Shown piece after piece: positions 1 through 12,877 of a stretch of 64,000 nucleotides of DNA. Every line of letters begins with the position of its first letter. The first letter of the stretch is position 1. The position numbers and the translations under genes are program-made. The notes beneath the pieces were generated by a model. It did not search any database, was not told where the DNA came from, and saw nothing but the letters and a program-made list of their open reading frames with translations. Location: positions 29,078,001 to 29,142,000 of the forward strand of contig OX597826.1 of NCBI GenBank assembly GCA_951406725.2. The letters run 5' to 3'. The DNA is from Octopus vulgaris. Lineage: Eukaryota.

Positions 1-12
1 TATGTATGTAGG

Positions 13-89
<77 letters not shown>
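13..89. repeat. (GATA)n microsatellite
   Basis: Perfect tandem GATA run. Confidence 0.95.
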
Positions 90-575
90 CTAATCTAGGT
101 TGTCATTATTTTGTATCTGAAGTCGCTAAAGTTGTTTTTCATTTGTTCTATTTTAAGTTGTCGCTCTGCCTACTCCATATTACAATACTGGAAGGATACC
201 CGGTGTTGCCCGAAAAATATTGCGCAGCTGGTTAGCAGTGTCGTTGTTCATGCACGAATTTAGTATTTCAAACACCTTATTTATATATCTGCACTCTAAA
301 GGGAAAACACACACACATACACACACTCAGCAATATACTCCCACATCAACATATACGTAAATGCGCACACATATTTATACCCACATAAATACATGTATAT
401 AAGTGTACATACACACATATATACGCAGACACATTCAAATACAAACGTATGCATCTACGTATGTATATGTTTATACATGTGTGTGTGTGTGTGTGTACGT
501 GTGTGTGTGTGTGTCTGTGTAGTATGTATATCTCTATCTATATCTCTCTATGTATGTGTAATATATAATATTGCA

Positions 576-670
576 TACATACATTCATACATACATACAT
601 ACATACATACATACATACATACATACATACATACATACATACATACATACATACATACATACATACATGC
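576..670. repeat. (TACA)n microsatellite
   Basis: Tandem CATA/TACA run; source of the HTYI-repeat ORFs. Confidence 0.95.
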
Positions 671-699
671 ATACGTCAATGTATGACTGTACCGACCAG

Positions 700-2440
700 G
701 CAATCATATGTTGTAATACCTTGTCATACACAATTCACTTCCAATTCTTTCTTGATTTCGCCATTCTTTTCCAGATCGTTTAAACTAATTCGATTTCCCA
801 TCATCATGGAAGCCTTCCAGATAACCTTTTCTAATTCTTTAGATGCCACCCAGCAGCTTCACAAGTCCACCAGTTATCTGTGAACTTTGCGACATGTTCG
901 CCCCAGCGAAATTGTGCTTTCTGTCTTCTGCGATCGCTCCGTCCTCGGATTACCTTATCTGGCTTATACCGTAAATCCTCGAGTATAATCCACATTTTTT
1001 CCCCAAAATTTAAAGGTCAATATCCCAAGTGTGTATTATATACGAGGTTAAAAATGAAAAATATTTTCTAAGCAGTGTCCGAGTCTCTATTTGCTGTCCG
1101 GCAATGTTTATTCTGACGCATTTTGTGATGTCGAACGCGAAAATACCTTAGGCTAAGCTTGGAAGCAATGAAGTCATAAAAGAATCATCCATAACTTGCA
1201 ATAAGCAACGTTATTACTGTTATTACTGTTATTTCTTTATTTTCTGCAAACAAAATGCACAAAAAGGCTACATGTTTGTATGATGTTATATATACAATAA
1301 TAATAAAGGACGTTACCGTATACATTTTTACAAACCAAGGACGTTATATTGACTCAAGTTAGAGAAGGAGTGCGTATTATGCACAAGGTTTAGGTTTTTC
1401 AGAAGTACAGCCCCCTAAAAATCCCCTGCGTATTATACACAAGGGCGGACTATACTCGAGGATTTACGGTACTTTCGCGTGGATCTTCTTTCCATGACAT
1501 TTTGCATCGTAGCAAATCGATGTTTTTTTCCCTATTCGTAGCGGTCCGAATCTCACTTGTGAATACGAGCGCATGAAGGATGGTGCTTTTCAAGAGTCTG
1601 GCATGTGTGGTTTTGCCAAGATTTGCTTTGGTTAAATCCTTTATTGAGGTAAACGCCTTCCATTTTGCCTTTATTCTCTTCGAGATTTCAAATTCTACCT
1701 CTCTGGTTTCGGCAACCACATCTCTGGTTAGTAGCTCGCCATTAATGTTCACACCACCTGTCCAGTCAATGTCTCTAATGACGAATTCAAGACAAACGAT
1801 GAAAAGCTTTTGAAAGATGGTATTTCCTTGTTTGACACCCTTCCCAAATGGAATTCATACCGGCGGCGATAGCAAATACAGGATTCATCTGAAGTTCATA
1901 TCTTTGAGCAGTTTGGTGTATTGTACGTGGATTCTGCATTTCCAGAAATTTCGGTACTAAGTTCATTTCGGCGTCGTCGAATGCCTTTTCGCAGCCAACG
2001 AAAGCGATGTACGGAGGCAAATTGTATACTTTCGCTGGATCTGTACGATGCGAGAGTGAATGTGTTCATTGTACAGTAGTTCTTTCGGAAACCTGTTTGC
2101 TTTCTCGGCTGCTGGTCATCGAGATATTCTGATAGTCTGGTAACTTTGACCTTTGTAAACAGCTTATAGAGCAGAGTCAAGAGATATATGAGGCGATAGC
2201 TTCTTTCATCTTCTGTATCACCCTTCTGATTAAATATGGTGGTATTCAATTCTTTCCGCAACGAGTAATTTACTCTTCTTCAAATAACGATTGAAGCGTA
2301 GAACGAGGATTTTTCACACCTCTTCTCCTCTGCACCTTAATATCTCCGTTGTTATGTCATCTCTTTTTAGAGCTTTGCCTGCTTCCAACAGCCTGAAGAC
2401 ATTTTCAGTTTCACTGCCCAGAATAGATGGCACTTCTTCT
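700..2440 (-). mobile_element. Decayed RTE-clade LINE fragment (RT and C-terminus), split by a MITE
   Basis: Minus-strand pieces read KGDTEDERSYRLIYLL..LYKLFTKV..QPRKQTGFRKNY, FVGCEKAFD, EISKRIKAKWKAF and QFRWGEHVAKFTDNW, all RTE ORF motifs; multiple frameshifts and stops. Confidence 0.85.
969..1469. mobile_element. Tc1/mariner-superfamily (pogo-like) MITE
   Basis: TIRs CCGTAAATCCTCGAGTATA / TATACTCGAGGATTTACGG with TA on both sides (967-968, 1470-1471); no coding capacity; sits inside the RTE fragment. Confidence 0.88.
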
Positions 2441-2745
2441 GTATAAGTATGTGTGTGTGTATGAGAGAGAGAGAGAGAGAGAGAAAGAGGTCACTCTTAA
2501 TGCTACTGGTATCACGTAACCCGGTACATGACGGGGCCATCGGCGACTAAGCCACTAACTCTAGAAACCCATCTTGAAAGGAGGATGGTTTTTGCTGGAC
2601 AAAACACAAAAGCTGTCAAGGGAGGACGAATACAATAAGAGTCAATGGCCTTCAAAATACCTAGTCTTTGTATAAACACTCAGTAGGAGAAAGAAAGACT
2701 CCGATGTAACACCCGCAACGTCGTTTGCATCCAGCGACTTAGACC

Positions 2746-2917
2746 AGCGATTTTTAAATTATGGGCCGCAACCCCAAATGGGGTCCCGAAAATTAAATTC
2801 AAACACTTGAATTTCAGTTTATATGTTATTTCACAAACGCATGTTTTATCCCTGGGGTCGCGAAAAATCTCGTGATGAAAAATGGGGTCATAAATGAAAA
2901 ACGTTTAAGAAACGCTG
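2746..2917. mobile_element. Short hAT-like MITE remnant
   Basis: Termini CAGCGATTTTTAAA / GTTTAAGAAACGCTG and internal GGGGTCGC/GGGGTCCC motifs typical of hAT MITEs; TSD not recognisable. Confidence 0.45.
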
Positions 2918-3352
2918 AAAGGACAAATTCTTCCTTTCGGGAAAATGCATACGTTGTTTGGAGAGTGGGAGTGACGCTGGGTAAGGGCTTACTTCATTTT
3001 AAAAAGTTCCATTCATGGGCATTGCTTGATTTTCATCTCTATTTTGTGTCGCTTAATCTGGTTGGCTGTTGCCGAGAAGGGCAAAACATTAAATGATAAA
3101 TTTCATGATGGAATGAAGGCATATGTCAGCGTGGGTGGTAAGCACTCTTAGCATCTTAACATGCAAGGGACACTTCTCGTTCCCACACCCGTGCAAAAGT
3201 GTGCAGGTCCTTAGCACGATTGAAAAACTACATCCGTGCTGTGTGATACATACATATACACATATACATACGTATGTATGTGTTTTAATATTTCGCTTGG
3301 GCATAGCGATGCTAATAACCTGCTGTTAGAACTCAGTAGATACTGCCTACAC

Positions 3353-3645
3353 CAGAATGTTATGTGTAGTGCTTAACATCTCTTGGAGGGAGCACCCAAC
3401 ACAATAACGGTTATATGAGAATGTACCAACTCTCTCATCAACCATCCAACAGCGGAGACTGAAGTTTACAGGCCACTGCTGGAGAAGTAAAGAACTTGTG
3501 CGCAATGCGTTGCTGTGGACACCAAATCATGGTACCACAGCGGCTGGAAGACCACGAAAGACGTATATACAACAGCTCACTAAGATGTTGGGTGTCAAGC
3601 TAAAGACCTAAAAATACTAACGGAAGATCGAGAGGGGTAGACAGG
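3353..3645 (+). mobile_element. RTE LINE 3' fragment
   Basis: Translates to RMLCVVLNISWREHPTQ*RLYENVPTLSSTIQQRRLKFTGHCWRSKELVRNALLWTPNHG..GRPRKTYIQQL, the RTE C-terminal region. Confidence 0.8.
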
Positions 3646-3679
3646 CTTTTTATCCTCTCTGTTTATTTCTTCGTATTCC

Positions 3680-3715
3680 TTTCTGTTGAAGAGCGTAGGC
3701 TCGAAATGTAAAAGG
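3680..3715 (+). ncRNA. Hammerhead-like motif, CUGUUGA core variant
   Basis: cttt-CTGTTGA-a-GAGC gtag GCTC-GAAATGTA-aaag; related copies on the minus strand at ~28358-28395 and ~60815-60836 retain GAAACGTA. Confidence 0.45.
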
Positions 3716-4180
3716 CTTTCTCACCTTCCCGAGCGTTAAACTAAAACACCTGTTTGTTGTTAATACACCTGCCTACGTCTTTTATTTTTCTGTAAATTTC
3801 AGAAAGACGCCGGTTGTTATTTGTTGTTGTTTGTATTCGTAATTCTGTTCCATGTTCCCCGTTTTTTTGTGTGTGTGTCTTTGTTGCCGTATACATTCGC
3901 TAGCTTTCTTACAAAGGGGTCTAATACGCTTAGCTTAGACTTTTTTCGGGGACAACTAGATCAAACAATCTCAAGTGTAACTGTCCGAAATGGTCGTGAC
4001 TTCTGGTACTTGACTGAAGAGAGAAAGCCAAGAATGACCCGTCTTTTTTTTTTTTTGCCTGTCCTTCTAATTGTTGTTTCTCTCGTCTGCCTTTGTATTG
4101 TCTATCTGTCCAAACGTTTTAATGCCCTCTATTGCGCTTTTGCTTCATTTATGTGAGTGTGTGTGTGTGTGTGTGTGTGT

Positions 4181-4391
4181 GGAGGCGCGTGGCTTAGTGG
4201 TTAGGGTGTCAGCATCATGAACGTAAGATTGTGATTTCGATTCCTGGACCGGGCGACGCGTTGTGCTCTTGAGCAAAACACTTCATTTCACATTGCTCCA
4301 GTCTACTCAGCTGGCAAAAATGAGTAACGCTGCGATGGAACACATACCGGGAAACCGGGCCCATGAGCCTGGCTAGGCTTTAAAAGGGCGC

Positions 4392-4395
<4 letters not shown>
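4181..4395 (+). mobile_element. tRNA-derived SINE (family A)
   Basis: A box TGGCTTAGTGG, B box-like GATTTCGATTCC, followed by TTGTGCTCTTGAGCAAAACACTT core; multiple related copies in window. Confidence 0.8.
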
Positions 4396-4435
<40 letters not shown>

Positions 4436-4611
4436 TGACTATTCGGTGGTACAGAAGTATTTTTTGACTTCTATCATTAGCGATATAGGTACTCATATAG
4501 TACCCTTGTGTATTTATGTACATATCTAATATTGTATGTATATGTTTTATCAATTTGCCTGTACGGCTGATAATTCCCTTACCATTTGTGATGGTATTTT
4601 AATATTGACAT

Positions 4612-4670
<59 letters not shown>

Positions 4671-4675
<5 letters not shown>

Positions 4676-4990
4676 TCAATATAGGGTGGCAAAAAATTTC
4701 GCAGAATTTTTTTGCCACCAGCGGCCTAGTGGGAAAAAAGTAAATAGTCATAGACCATTTATAAATTCAACAGCAAAATTAAGGAACGGCCATAATAGGC
4801 CATTCAACCCACTAGAAATTACAGCCAAGGCTTCAACCGCAAAACAATATTAATTCCGTAAACCAGGAGAAAATTTAAAAAAACATTTACCCTATAAAGT
4901 ATTTTCTCCTGGTTTACAGAATTAATATTGTTTTGCGGTTGAAGCCTTGGCTGTTATTTCTAGTGGGTTGAATGGCCTATTATGGCCGTT

Positions 4991-4995
<5 letters not shown>
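4671..4995. mobile_element. Fold-back element between (AT)n tracts (Penelope-like remnant)
   Basis: ~95-bp near-perfect inverted repeat 4780-4874 / 4901-4995 plus terminal mini-hairpin GGTGGCAAAAAA..TTTTTTGCCACC; homologous terminus at 26780-26836. Confidence 0.65.
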
Positions 4996-5041
<46 letters not shown>

Positions 5042-5597
5042 TCAGACCGAGGCATTAGTCGAGCACAGAGCGTAATACGAGATTAAATAAATGACAAGGG
5101 AACAAGAAAGTTTGTAATGAACTTTGTTAGCTTACTGCTGTATATACGCAAGTGAGTTACTTATATAGGGGGCCCATTATGCTCCTCTGTGTGTGTGTGT
5201 GTATATATACAGACACACACACACACGTACACACACCAAACTATCTAAATCTTCATATTTCTAGGAATGGCTTCTAACCTTCGAAACTCTAAACTGCATT
5301 TCTCTTGTAGTTTTGTACTTTCGACGATGATCTTTTCAATGTATGAATGCAAACGCTTTCTCAAAATATGTGTGCGCGCGCACACATATCTATGTATACA
5401 CATACGCATATATACTATATATTATTATACATACATGCACATACATCAGTATACATCTAGATATATGTATATACATATAATTATATGTATATACATATAA
5501 ATGTGTGTGTGTGTGTGTGTGTAATTTTGATCTCCATATTGAAGTGAAGCGAAAATGTTTTGATAAATGAAACCAGCGAAGGACATGTATGTGTAAA

Positions 5598-5670
<73 letters not shown>

Positions 5671-5799
5671 TAATGAATTTCTAATCTCAATATTGATGTG
5701 AGCCGTGAAAATATTTTGATAGATGAGGGCAACAGGGACATATCATTAGTCTCCCCCCATACTTATCAATACATTTAGTTGGCTAGCTATCGATCTGTG

Positions 5800-5800
5800 T

Positions 5801-5872
<72 letters not shown>

Positions 5873-6070
5873 TTTCTGTCTGTCTATCTATTTATTTATT
5901 TATATGTCTGTCTGCCTGTCTATCTATCTATCTAGCTAGCTAGCTAGCTAGCTAGCTAGCTAGCTAGCTATTTATTTATCTATCTACCTACCTACCTACC
6001 TATCTATCCACCTACCTATTTACTTACTTACCTATTTACCTATCTATCTATCTATCTATCTATCTATCTG

Positions 6071-6124
<54 letters not shown>

Positions 6125-6245
6125 CATCCATCCATCCATCCATCCATCCATCCGTCCGTCTGTCTGTCTATCTATCTATCTATCTATCTAGCTAGCTAGC
6201 TAGCTATATTTCTATCTATCTGTCTGTCTGTCTATCTGTCTATCT
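5800..6245. repeat. Compound (CTAT)/(CTAG)/(CCAT)/(CTGT) microsatellite
   Basis: Direct reading. Confidence 0.95.
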
Positions 6246-6569
6246 ATTTAATTTATGAACGCATTACAAGTGATGGGCGCTAAGATAAGGTCTCTTGGTT
6301 AAGGAATGACCATGCTTCTTTTCTCTTTTAAGAATGCTTATTGTTCTTGTTCTTGTTTCAACCTTGGCTGCCTCTGCATAGTTGTGTTGTTTACTTTGTA
6401 AAACAGTAAGGGGAGAAGGTTGCAAGCACATCACCCTCAAACCACATTTTCCCCATCCACATCTTTACCATATATAATAAAATCCGATTATAGGTATAGA
6501 TGCAAATCTATCTAATTACTTGTCTCCTAAAATCAGTTTCCTTGATAGTGTGTGTTTGTTGACTTGACA

Positions 6570-6615
6570 ACAAGGTCAAGATGAGCTCTGATTGGCTGTA
6601 TGCAAATGAGTTCAT
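6570..6615 (+). promoter_or_regulatory. Candidate promoter motif cluster
   Basis: CAAGGTCA half site, inverted CCAAT box (CTGATTGG) and octamer ATGCAAAT within 45 bp, a second ATGCAAAT at ~6500, followed by a CpG-richer non-repetitive stretch to ~6970. Confidence 0.3.
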
Positions 6616-7458
6616 TACTGGGGTCCGGAACTCTCGTGGGAAAAAGAATTTCGCGTCCCGGACCAACCCAAATAACCCGATCTTCCATAACAGTCTTCAT
6701 ATCCTAAACTTAATATTCAGTATCTTGCACAAGTCGATCGTTGTATACTCTTCTTGGTTTGCGGGTACCCGAGTGCCGTGGCGTGGTTTCCTAGAGAACG
6801 AGGTCGTTAGATATTTCATCCTTGCTTTTCCAACAGTGTCCTACATAAACGTTCTTCTTCCTCTGATTCCTGATGTGAAGGTAGAAAGACTGCTTACACA
6901 ACCGCTACTTTGAAGGGTGTTGCTGCCAACAAACACTGAGAACCGCACGACGAAGCATTCGTGCAGTCGTACTTCTACATCACCATTATAACAGTGGTGA
7001 CGTTTACAACTTTGACCTTTGCAACCGAATTTATAAATCACATTAGTCATTAGTCATTAGTAGCTTATTCTCGGTTGTAAATGAGTGCAATTTCTTTTAT
7101 TGATAAGATCTTTTTTAATTTCATTGTTTTTGTTAGAAAATTACTAGCGTTCATTTATCGTTTGGTGCAATGCATTTTGTGTTCTGTTCAATGAGGTTTT
7201 TGATTTTGTGTTCATCTATTTTATCGACATCTATTCATTTGCTTTATATAACACAATGTATGTGTAGTTTGTGTATTTTTAATTGACGAAGTAGCTGATT
7301 TTGTTATATTATATATATAATGTTCTATTTTTTGATCTATCAATTTGTAACAATACCCGATGTCGTTTAGTACTTATTTTATTCCGTAGAATTCTTTATC
7401 CATAAATGCTCTTCTAAACGGATATTTTACCAGCGACGTGTTCGTGTTCGTGTCTCCA

Positions 7459-7657
7459 CGAACACTACTACACTACTCTTCTCCTCTGGAAGCCATCTGC
7501 TCGCGATACCAGAGGGCGCACACTCTCCAGCCCTGATGTAATCTCCAGAGATACAGGCATCCAGCAACAGGACTTCCGTAATGCTATGATGGACCGTGAA
7601 GTCTGGCGTAACATAGTAAATTCCATTGTCTCGACTACGGTCGAACAATGATGATGA
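7459..7657 (+). mobile_element. 5'-truncated RTE LINE insertion with TSD
   Basis: LLWKPSARDTRGRTLSSPDVISRDTGIQQQDFRNAMMDREVWRNIV then (TGA)n tail; 11-bp TSD TCGTGTCTCCA at 7448-7458 and 7658-7668. Confidence 0.8.
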
Positions 7658-7749
7658 TCGTGTCTCCATGTAACTGTACGGAAGCAGCAAAAGCTGTTTC
7701 AAAATTGATCAGGTGAACTGTGAGCGGTGGCGTAGCGAACTGACTGGCA

Positions 7750-8035
7750 CTCTGTCGATTCAACAGAACAGCCTACTCGTGAAATTAACATGCAAGTGGC
7801 TGAGTACACCACAGACACGCGTATACTTAAAGTAGTTCTTAGGGAGATTCAGCGTGACGATGAATGGACAAAGCTGGCCCTTTGAAATACAGGTACAACT
7901 CATTTTTGCCAGATGAGTGGGCTGGAGCAATGTGAAATAAAGTGTCTTACTCAAGGACACAACACCCCGCTAGGAATCAAACTCATTACCTTACAATCGT
8001 CAGCCGAATACCGTAACCACTAAGCCACGCGTCTA
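7750..8035 (-). mobile_element. tRNA-derived SINE (family A-related head)
   Basis: Reverse complement begins GACGCGTGGCTTAGTGGTTACGG; similar copy at ~11835-12150. Confidence 0.75.
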
Positions 8036-8435
8036 CACGTAATACACTCTGTGCGGTGACCAAATTAACCACTCCTTCCTAAAACGCAGCACAGTTTCGA
8101 TTACAGCAATTGCACTACCGCCCGCCAAACGTGGCCACCCTGTACGGTCTGCATGCGCTCACGCTACTCCATTAGATATTATCCCTGGCAGGAGGAGGGG
8201 TACCTTGCTATCTGGGATAGTACTAACTGGACCCAAGCTGGGGCGTCACTGACCCTGGCTGAATCGCGTAGGTGACTGTACCTGATTGATGGAAGACCCT
8301 AGAATACCTAATGGCTCCCAGGAAACATCTCAAATGATTTAGCAATAAGCTTGGGGCGACCGTATTTCATAAACTAGGAAACCGGAATACCAAAGAGTCT
8401 CAACTTACACGCACACGCATGAATGTGTATAAATA

Positions 8436-8436
8436 A

Positions 8437-8501
<65 letters not shown>

Positions 8502-8721
8502 CATGTGGGTGTGTATAATTATGCAAAAAACAAGTGTGTAGGTGTGTGTGCGTGTGTGTACACAAGTGGTTTACACGCAGATTCCACAAAGAAAATTTCC
8601 ACTCATAAGGCTTTGGTCACTGGAAGGCTTTTGGAGATTTTTGGTGTCACCCAATGGGATCGAAACAAAATCTTAACCGCGCAGCGTACATCTCACTCAC
8701 TCACTCACTCACTCTCTCTCT

Positions 8722-8793
<72 letters not shown>

Positions 8794-8805
8794 CATACAC
8801 GCACG

Positions 8806-8838
<33 letters not shown>

Positions 8839-9008
8839 ACACACACACATATGCATATATATATATATATTATCATATTACATACATATATAAGTGTATA
8901 TACACATATGTACATATACTTATGCGTATGCTATCTGTGTATTGTTTTATTCCTATAATATTATATTACATATATTTATATGTGTATATAATATATATGT
9001 ATGTATAT

Positions 9009-9057
<49 letters not shown>

Positions 9058-9095
9058 CACGCATGTACATACATGTGTGTACATATACACACACA
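8436..9095. repeat. Compound (AT)/(GT)/(AC) microsatellite region
   Basis: Direct reading; includes a short SINE remnant at ~8565-8680. Confidence 0.9.
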
Positions 9096-9915
9096 ATGTG
9101 CTTGTAATTCCACACCATTAATTTCTCTCTGACTTTATACACTTGAATAGCAGAATACCTTCCATGAAACATAGTTTGCGTTCGCTTGAATGAAAGGGCC
9201 AGGATAACGTTTAATAATATTGCCTTCTTTTATTATATGCTTTAAGAATCGAAGGGTCCAACACCACCACCACCACCACCGTCATCGCTACCACCATCGC
9301 CACCACCAGCAACACCGCCGCCATAAATAAATAAATAAATCATGTTTGGTGCATCATAAGCAAACACCTTTAGCAGATGATCTTGCTAGCTGGATCAGTA
9401 CTAAAACATCTAGATGGTTCTTCGGCACGGCACCAGTGTGTGTTGTCGATTCCAACTGACATGCATTTTCCTTAATCAATCATGCCATAAGCTTCATGCC
9501 ATTAATTCTATGTATCTAAAACCCGCTCATTTCTTGGCATTTTCCATCTAACTGTGTAGATATAACATCTGATCCTTTTCGAACATTTTTTTCCTTCTCT
9601 CTTTTCGCCCCTTCTCCTTCCCGGCACCTTTCGTTTTTGCAATAATGTCCAAAAGCTGGTTGACATCCAGATAGTAACGTTCGTATGCATAATGCTCCTT
9701 TAAGGCTCAATTGTGATGTTTGGGTGTCGGCTGCTTAGGTTTAGGGTTTGGGTTTCGATTTTGTTGTCATAAGACGTTTTTTTTTCCTTTAAATGGTTCA
9801 TAAAAAGTAAGTAAAATAGCACATTGTGATGAATGAATGCCACAACGTAATTTACTTTCATTAAAAATGTTTATCGACATAAATTTCAACACATACAAAT
9901 ACGTTCATTCAGTAT

Positions 9916-10368
9916 GTCCGTGGCTAGCGTTGATGTATATATGGAAAAAATGTAAAAATGAACGGGAGAGAAACAGAAGGTCCGTAATTCTTCATCAGTT
10001 ATCGATCAAATGGTAATATTCAGTTTCGCACCTTTAACGATAAGACTGGGTACTTCCCAATTGGCGGTGCCGGCAAAAAAAGATTTTTTGCAGAGAATGA
10101 GGGACAAGAGCAAACAAAACAAAACGAAACAAGCAGAATGACACAGAGTGTGATTTAGGACGGTGGACGAGGACGAACAGTCGATTAAATTACACTCTGT
10201 GTCGTTTTGCTTCTTTTGTTTTGCTTTGTTTGTACATTCTCCGCAAGAAAACTGTCTGTTTTTTTTTTTTTGCCGGCTCCGCCAATTGGGAAGTACCCAG
10301 TCTTATTGTTAAAGGTGCGAAACTGATGAAGAATTGCGGACCTTCTGTTTCTCTCCCGTTCGTTTTTA
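9916..10368. mobile_element. Fold-back insertion with ~190-bp inverted arms and candidate 10-bp TSD
   Basis: 9950-10157 is the reverse complement of 10186-10371; CATTCAGTAT occurs at 9906-9915 and 10369-10378. Confidence 0.65.
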
Positions 10369-10397
10369 CATTCAGTATACGTTACGTCATTTGTTTA

Positions 10398-10674
10398 TGT
10401 GGGATGACGTCAGCAGCTGGGGAGCTGACCGGAACTTGGGGCTGACCGGAAGGGGCAGCAGTGACGCGTGCGCAGGAAGGGCAGGATTCTGCCTTTCGGG
10501 GCAGGTCGCCGAGCGGGTAAGACGGGGTCAGCACGTTGTTAAGGTTGGGAGAAGCAGCTGCTATTTCTAGCGTTTGGGTCGGGCTGTGTTGAAGGGTCCG
10601 TTACCGCTGAAGGGTCTCCATCTGAACGAAGAGAAGGTAGGTGCCTTTATTTCGAATCTCTCGCATGCACCACA
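10398..10674. mobile_element. Putative solo LTR
   Basis: GC-rich 277-bp block with TGTGG...CCACA termini flanked by GTTTA / GTTAA (4/5-matching 5-bp TSD). Confidence 0.55.
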
Positions 10675-10739
10675 GTTAATACATTTTTCATTTATCAAGT
10701 AATGGAACACAACGAATTTATATATATATATGTATATTA

Positions 10740-11103
10740 ATCTTTTACCTGTTTCAGTCATTTGACCGCGGCCATGCTGGAGCACCACCTTTAGTCGAGC
10801 AAATCGACCACAGGACTTTTTTTTTTTTGTAAGCCTAATACTTATTCTATCGGTCTCTTTTGCCGAACCGCTACGTTACGGGGACGCAAACACACCAGTA
10901 TCGGTTGCCAAGCGATGTTGGGGGGACAAACACAGACACACAAACACACACACACATATATATATATACATATATACGACAGGCTTCGTTCAGTTTCCGT
11001 CTACCAAATTCACTCTGCCCGAGGCTATAGTAGAAGACACTTGCCCAAGGTGCCACGCATGTGGTTCGTAAGCAAGCTACTTACCACACAGCCACTCCTA
11101 CGC
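10740..11103 (-). mobile_element. tRNA-derived SINE (family B)
   Basis: Reverse complement reads GGAGTGGCTGTGTGGTAAG..GGCACCTTGGGCAAGTGTCTTCTACTATAGCC..CGGTTCGGCAAAAGAGACCGATAGAATAAG..TGACTGAAACAGGTAAAAGA; >10 related copies in window. Confidence 0.85.
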
Positions 11104-11127
11104 CTACACACACAGACACACACACAC

Positions 11128-11206
<79 letters not shown>

Positions 11207-11213
11207 CAGGGAG

Positions 11214-11548
11214 TGAAGGCGCATGGCTCAGTGGTTAGAGCGTCGAGCTTACGATCGTGAGGTTGTGAGCTCGAATCCCGGACCGGGCTGCGTGTTGTGT
11301 TCTTGAGCAAGGCACTTTATTTCACGTTGCTCCTGTTCACTCAGCTGTAGAAATGAGTTGCGACGTTACAGGTGCCAAGCTGTATCGACCTTTGTCTTTC
11401 CCTTGGATAACACTGGTGGCGTGGAGAGGGGAGGCTGGTATGCATGGGCGACTGCTGGTCTTCCATAAACAACCTTGCCCGGACTTGTGTCTAGGAGGGT
11501 AACTTTCTAGGTGCAATCCAATGGTCATTCATGACCGAAGGGGGTCTT
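11214..11548 (+). mobile_element. Full-length tRNA-derived SINE (family A) with TSD
   Basis: A box TGGCTCAGTGG, B box GAGCTCGAATCC; 11-bp TSD TATACAGGGAG at 11203-11213 and 11549-11559; related copy at ~54622-54890. Confidence 0.88.
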
Positions 11549-11834
11549 TATACAGGGAGAGAAAGAGATATATGTGAACACCAGTTGTTCCGTACTTACA
11601 TTCACGTATGCGCGCGCATACACGCACACACGCACGCACACACATACACACGCACTCACACACACACACATACACATATACATACACACAAGTAAAATAT
11701 CATAAATTGAACGAGGAGAAAGAGACAGACTGATGGACAATGTCAGAGGTCACCACAGGAAGACAAAAGTCACGGACTAAATATATGCACACATATAAGA
11801 ATAAACTAACAATAAAAGTTATGTATAGTTAATG

Positions 11835-12150
11835 GTCCTCCGTCGGTTACTGCGATGAGTGTTCCAGTGATCCGATCAACGGAACAGCCTGCTCGTGAAA
11901 TTAGCAAGTGGCTGAGCACTCCACAGACACGTGTGCCCTTAACGTAGTTCTCAGGGAGATTCAACGTGACACAGAATGTAACAAGGCTGGCCCCTTTGAA
12001 TAACAGGTACTACTCGTTTTTGTCAGCTGGGTAGATTGGAGCAATGGGAAATAAAGGGTCTTGCTCAAGGATACAACGTGTCGCTGAGAATTGAACTCAC
12101 AACTTTACATTCGAGAGCCGAATACTCTAACCGCAATGCCATGCGCCTTT
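11835..12150 (-). mobile_element. tRNA-derived SINE
   Basis: Homologous to 7750-8035. Confidence 0.75.
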
Positions 12151-12877
12151 ACTCTCAGTTGCTAGTACGTTGTAAAAAGGTAAGGAAAATATTTGAGTTG
12201 ACGTTTCGGATGGATGGACCTTTATCAAAATGGTGAACGAAGCAAGAGAAAAGAAACAAGAAAAGAAATAAAAAATAATCGGATCTGATGATAATTAATC
12301 TAGCGGTTCGATCACCTGTGCCACTTGATCATTGAATTGGCTGAGTATACTGCATATACGCGTATTATTGAGATTGAAATCAGCATGACAAAGCTTGACA
12401 CAGTGTAGTGTAACATAGTGTGATGCAGTGTAACAATCCATTACTTTTGCAATCCATCGAAGGGCTTCCACGCAGTTTCCGTTTACCCACTTTCACTCAG
12501 AATATTTGGATCGATCCGAGGTTAAGGTAAAAGGAGGAGAGGAGGATGGAGGAGGGGGAAGGAGGTGGTAGGAAGGAAGAGGCAGGAAGGAGAATGAAAG
12601 GCAGAGGAGGGAGGGAGGTGTCCTCAAATAAGAAACCCAGCCTGAATACTTGCAACAAAGGGGATGTCGCTAAAGGTAGCAAAGGGCCAGGTGATGATGT
12701 TAAACCGGTTGACAGGGTTAACGTTACTATCCGAGTGGGCCACAGCGGGATTTGAACTAGCAACGCAAAGAACCGAAACAAATAGCGCAACGCATCCCCA
12801 ACCAACACTCAAATGATTTCGTAAATCCACCGTCCAAGACCGATACTTTATTTATCGACTCTGGAAAGATGAAAGTG

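Noticed and set aside
185-215. Helitron-like terminus (TACTGGAAGGATACCCGGTGTTGCCCG)
   Set aside because: Only ~30 bp and no matching opposite end found.
6841-7050. GIY-YIG-like start (NVIYKFGC) on the minus strand
   Set aside because: No YIG/ET motif or other PLE homology follows; too short to support.
9360-9800. Possible minus-strand coding exon (ORFs 9508-9710)
   Set aside because: No recognisable protein or clear splice sites; TTTAGGG-like hexamers at ~9735 are too few to be telomeric.
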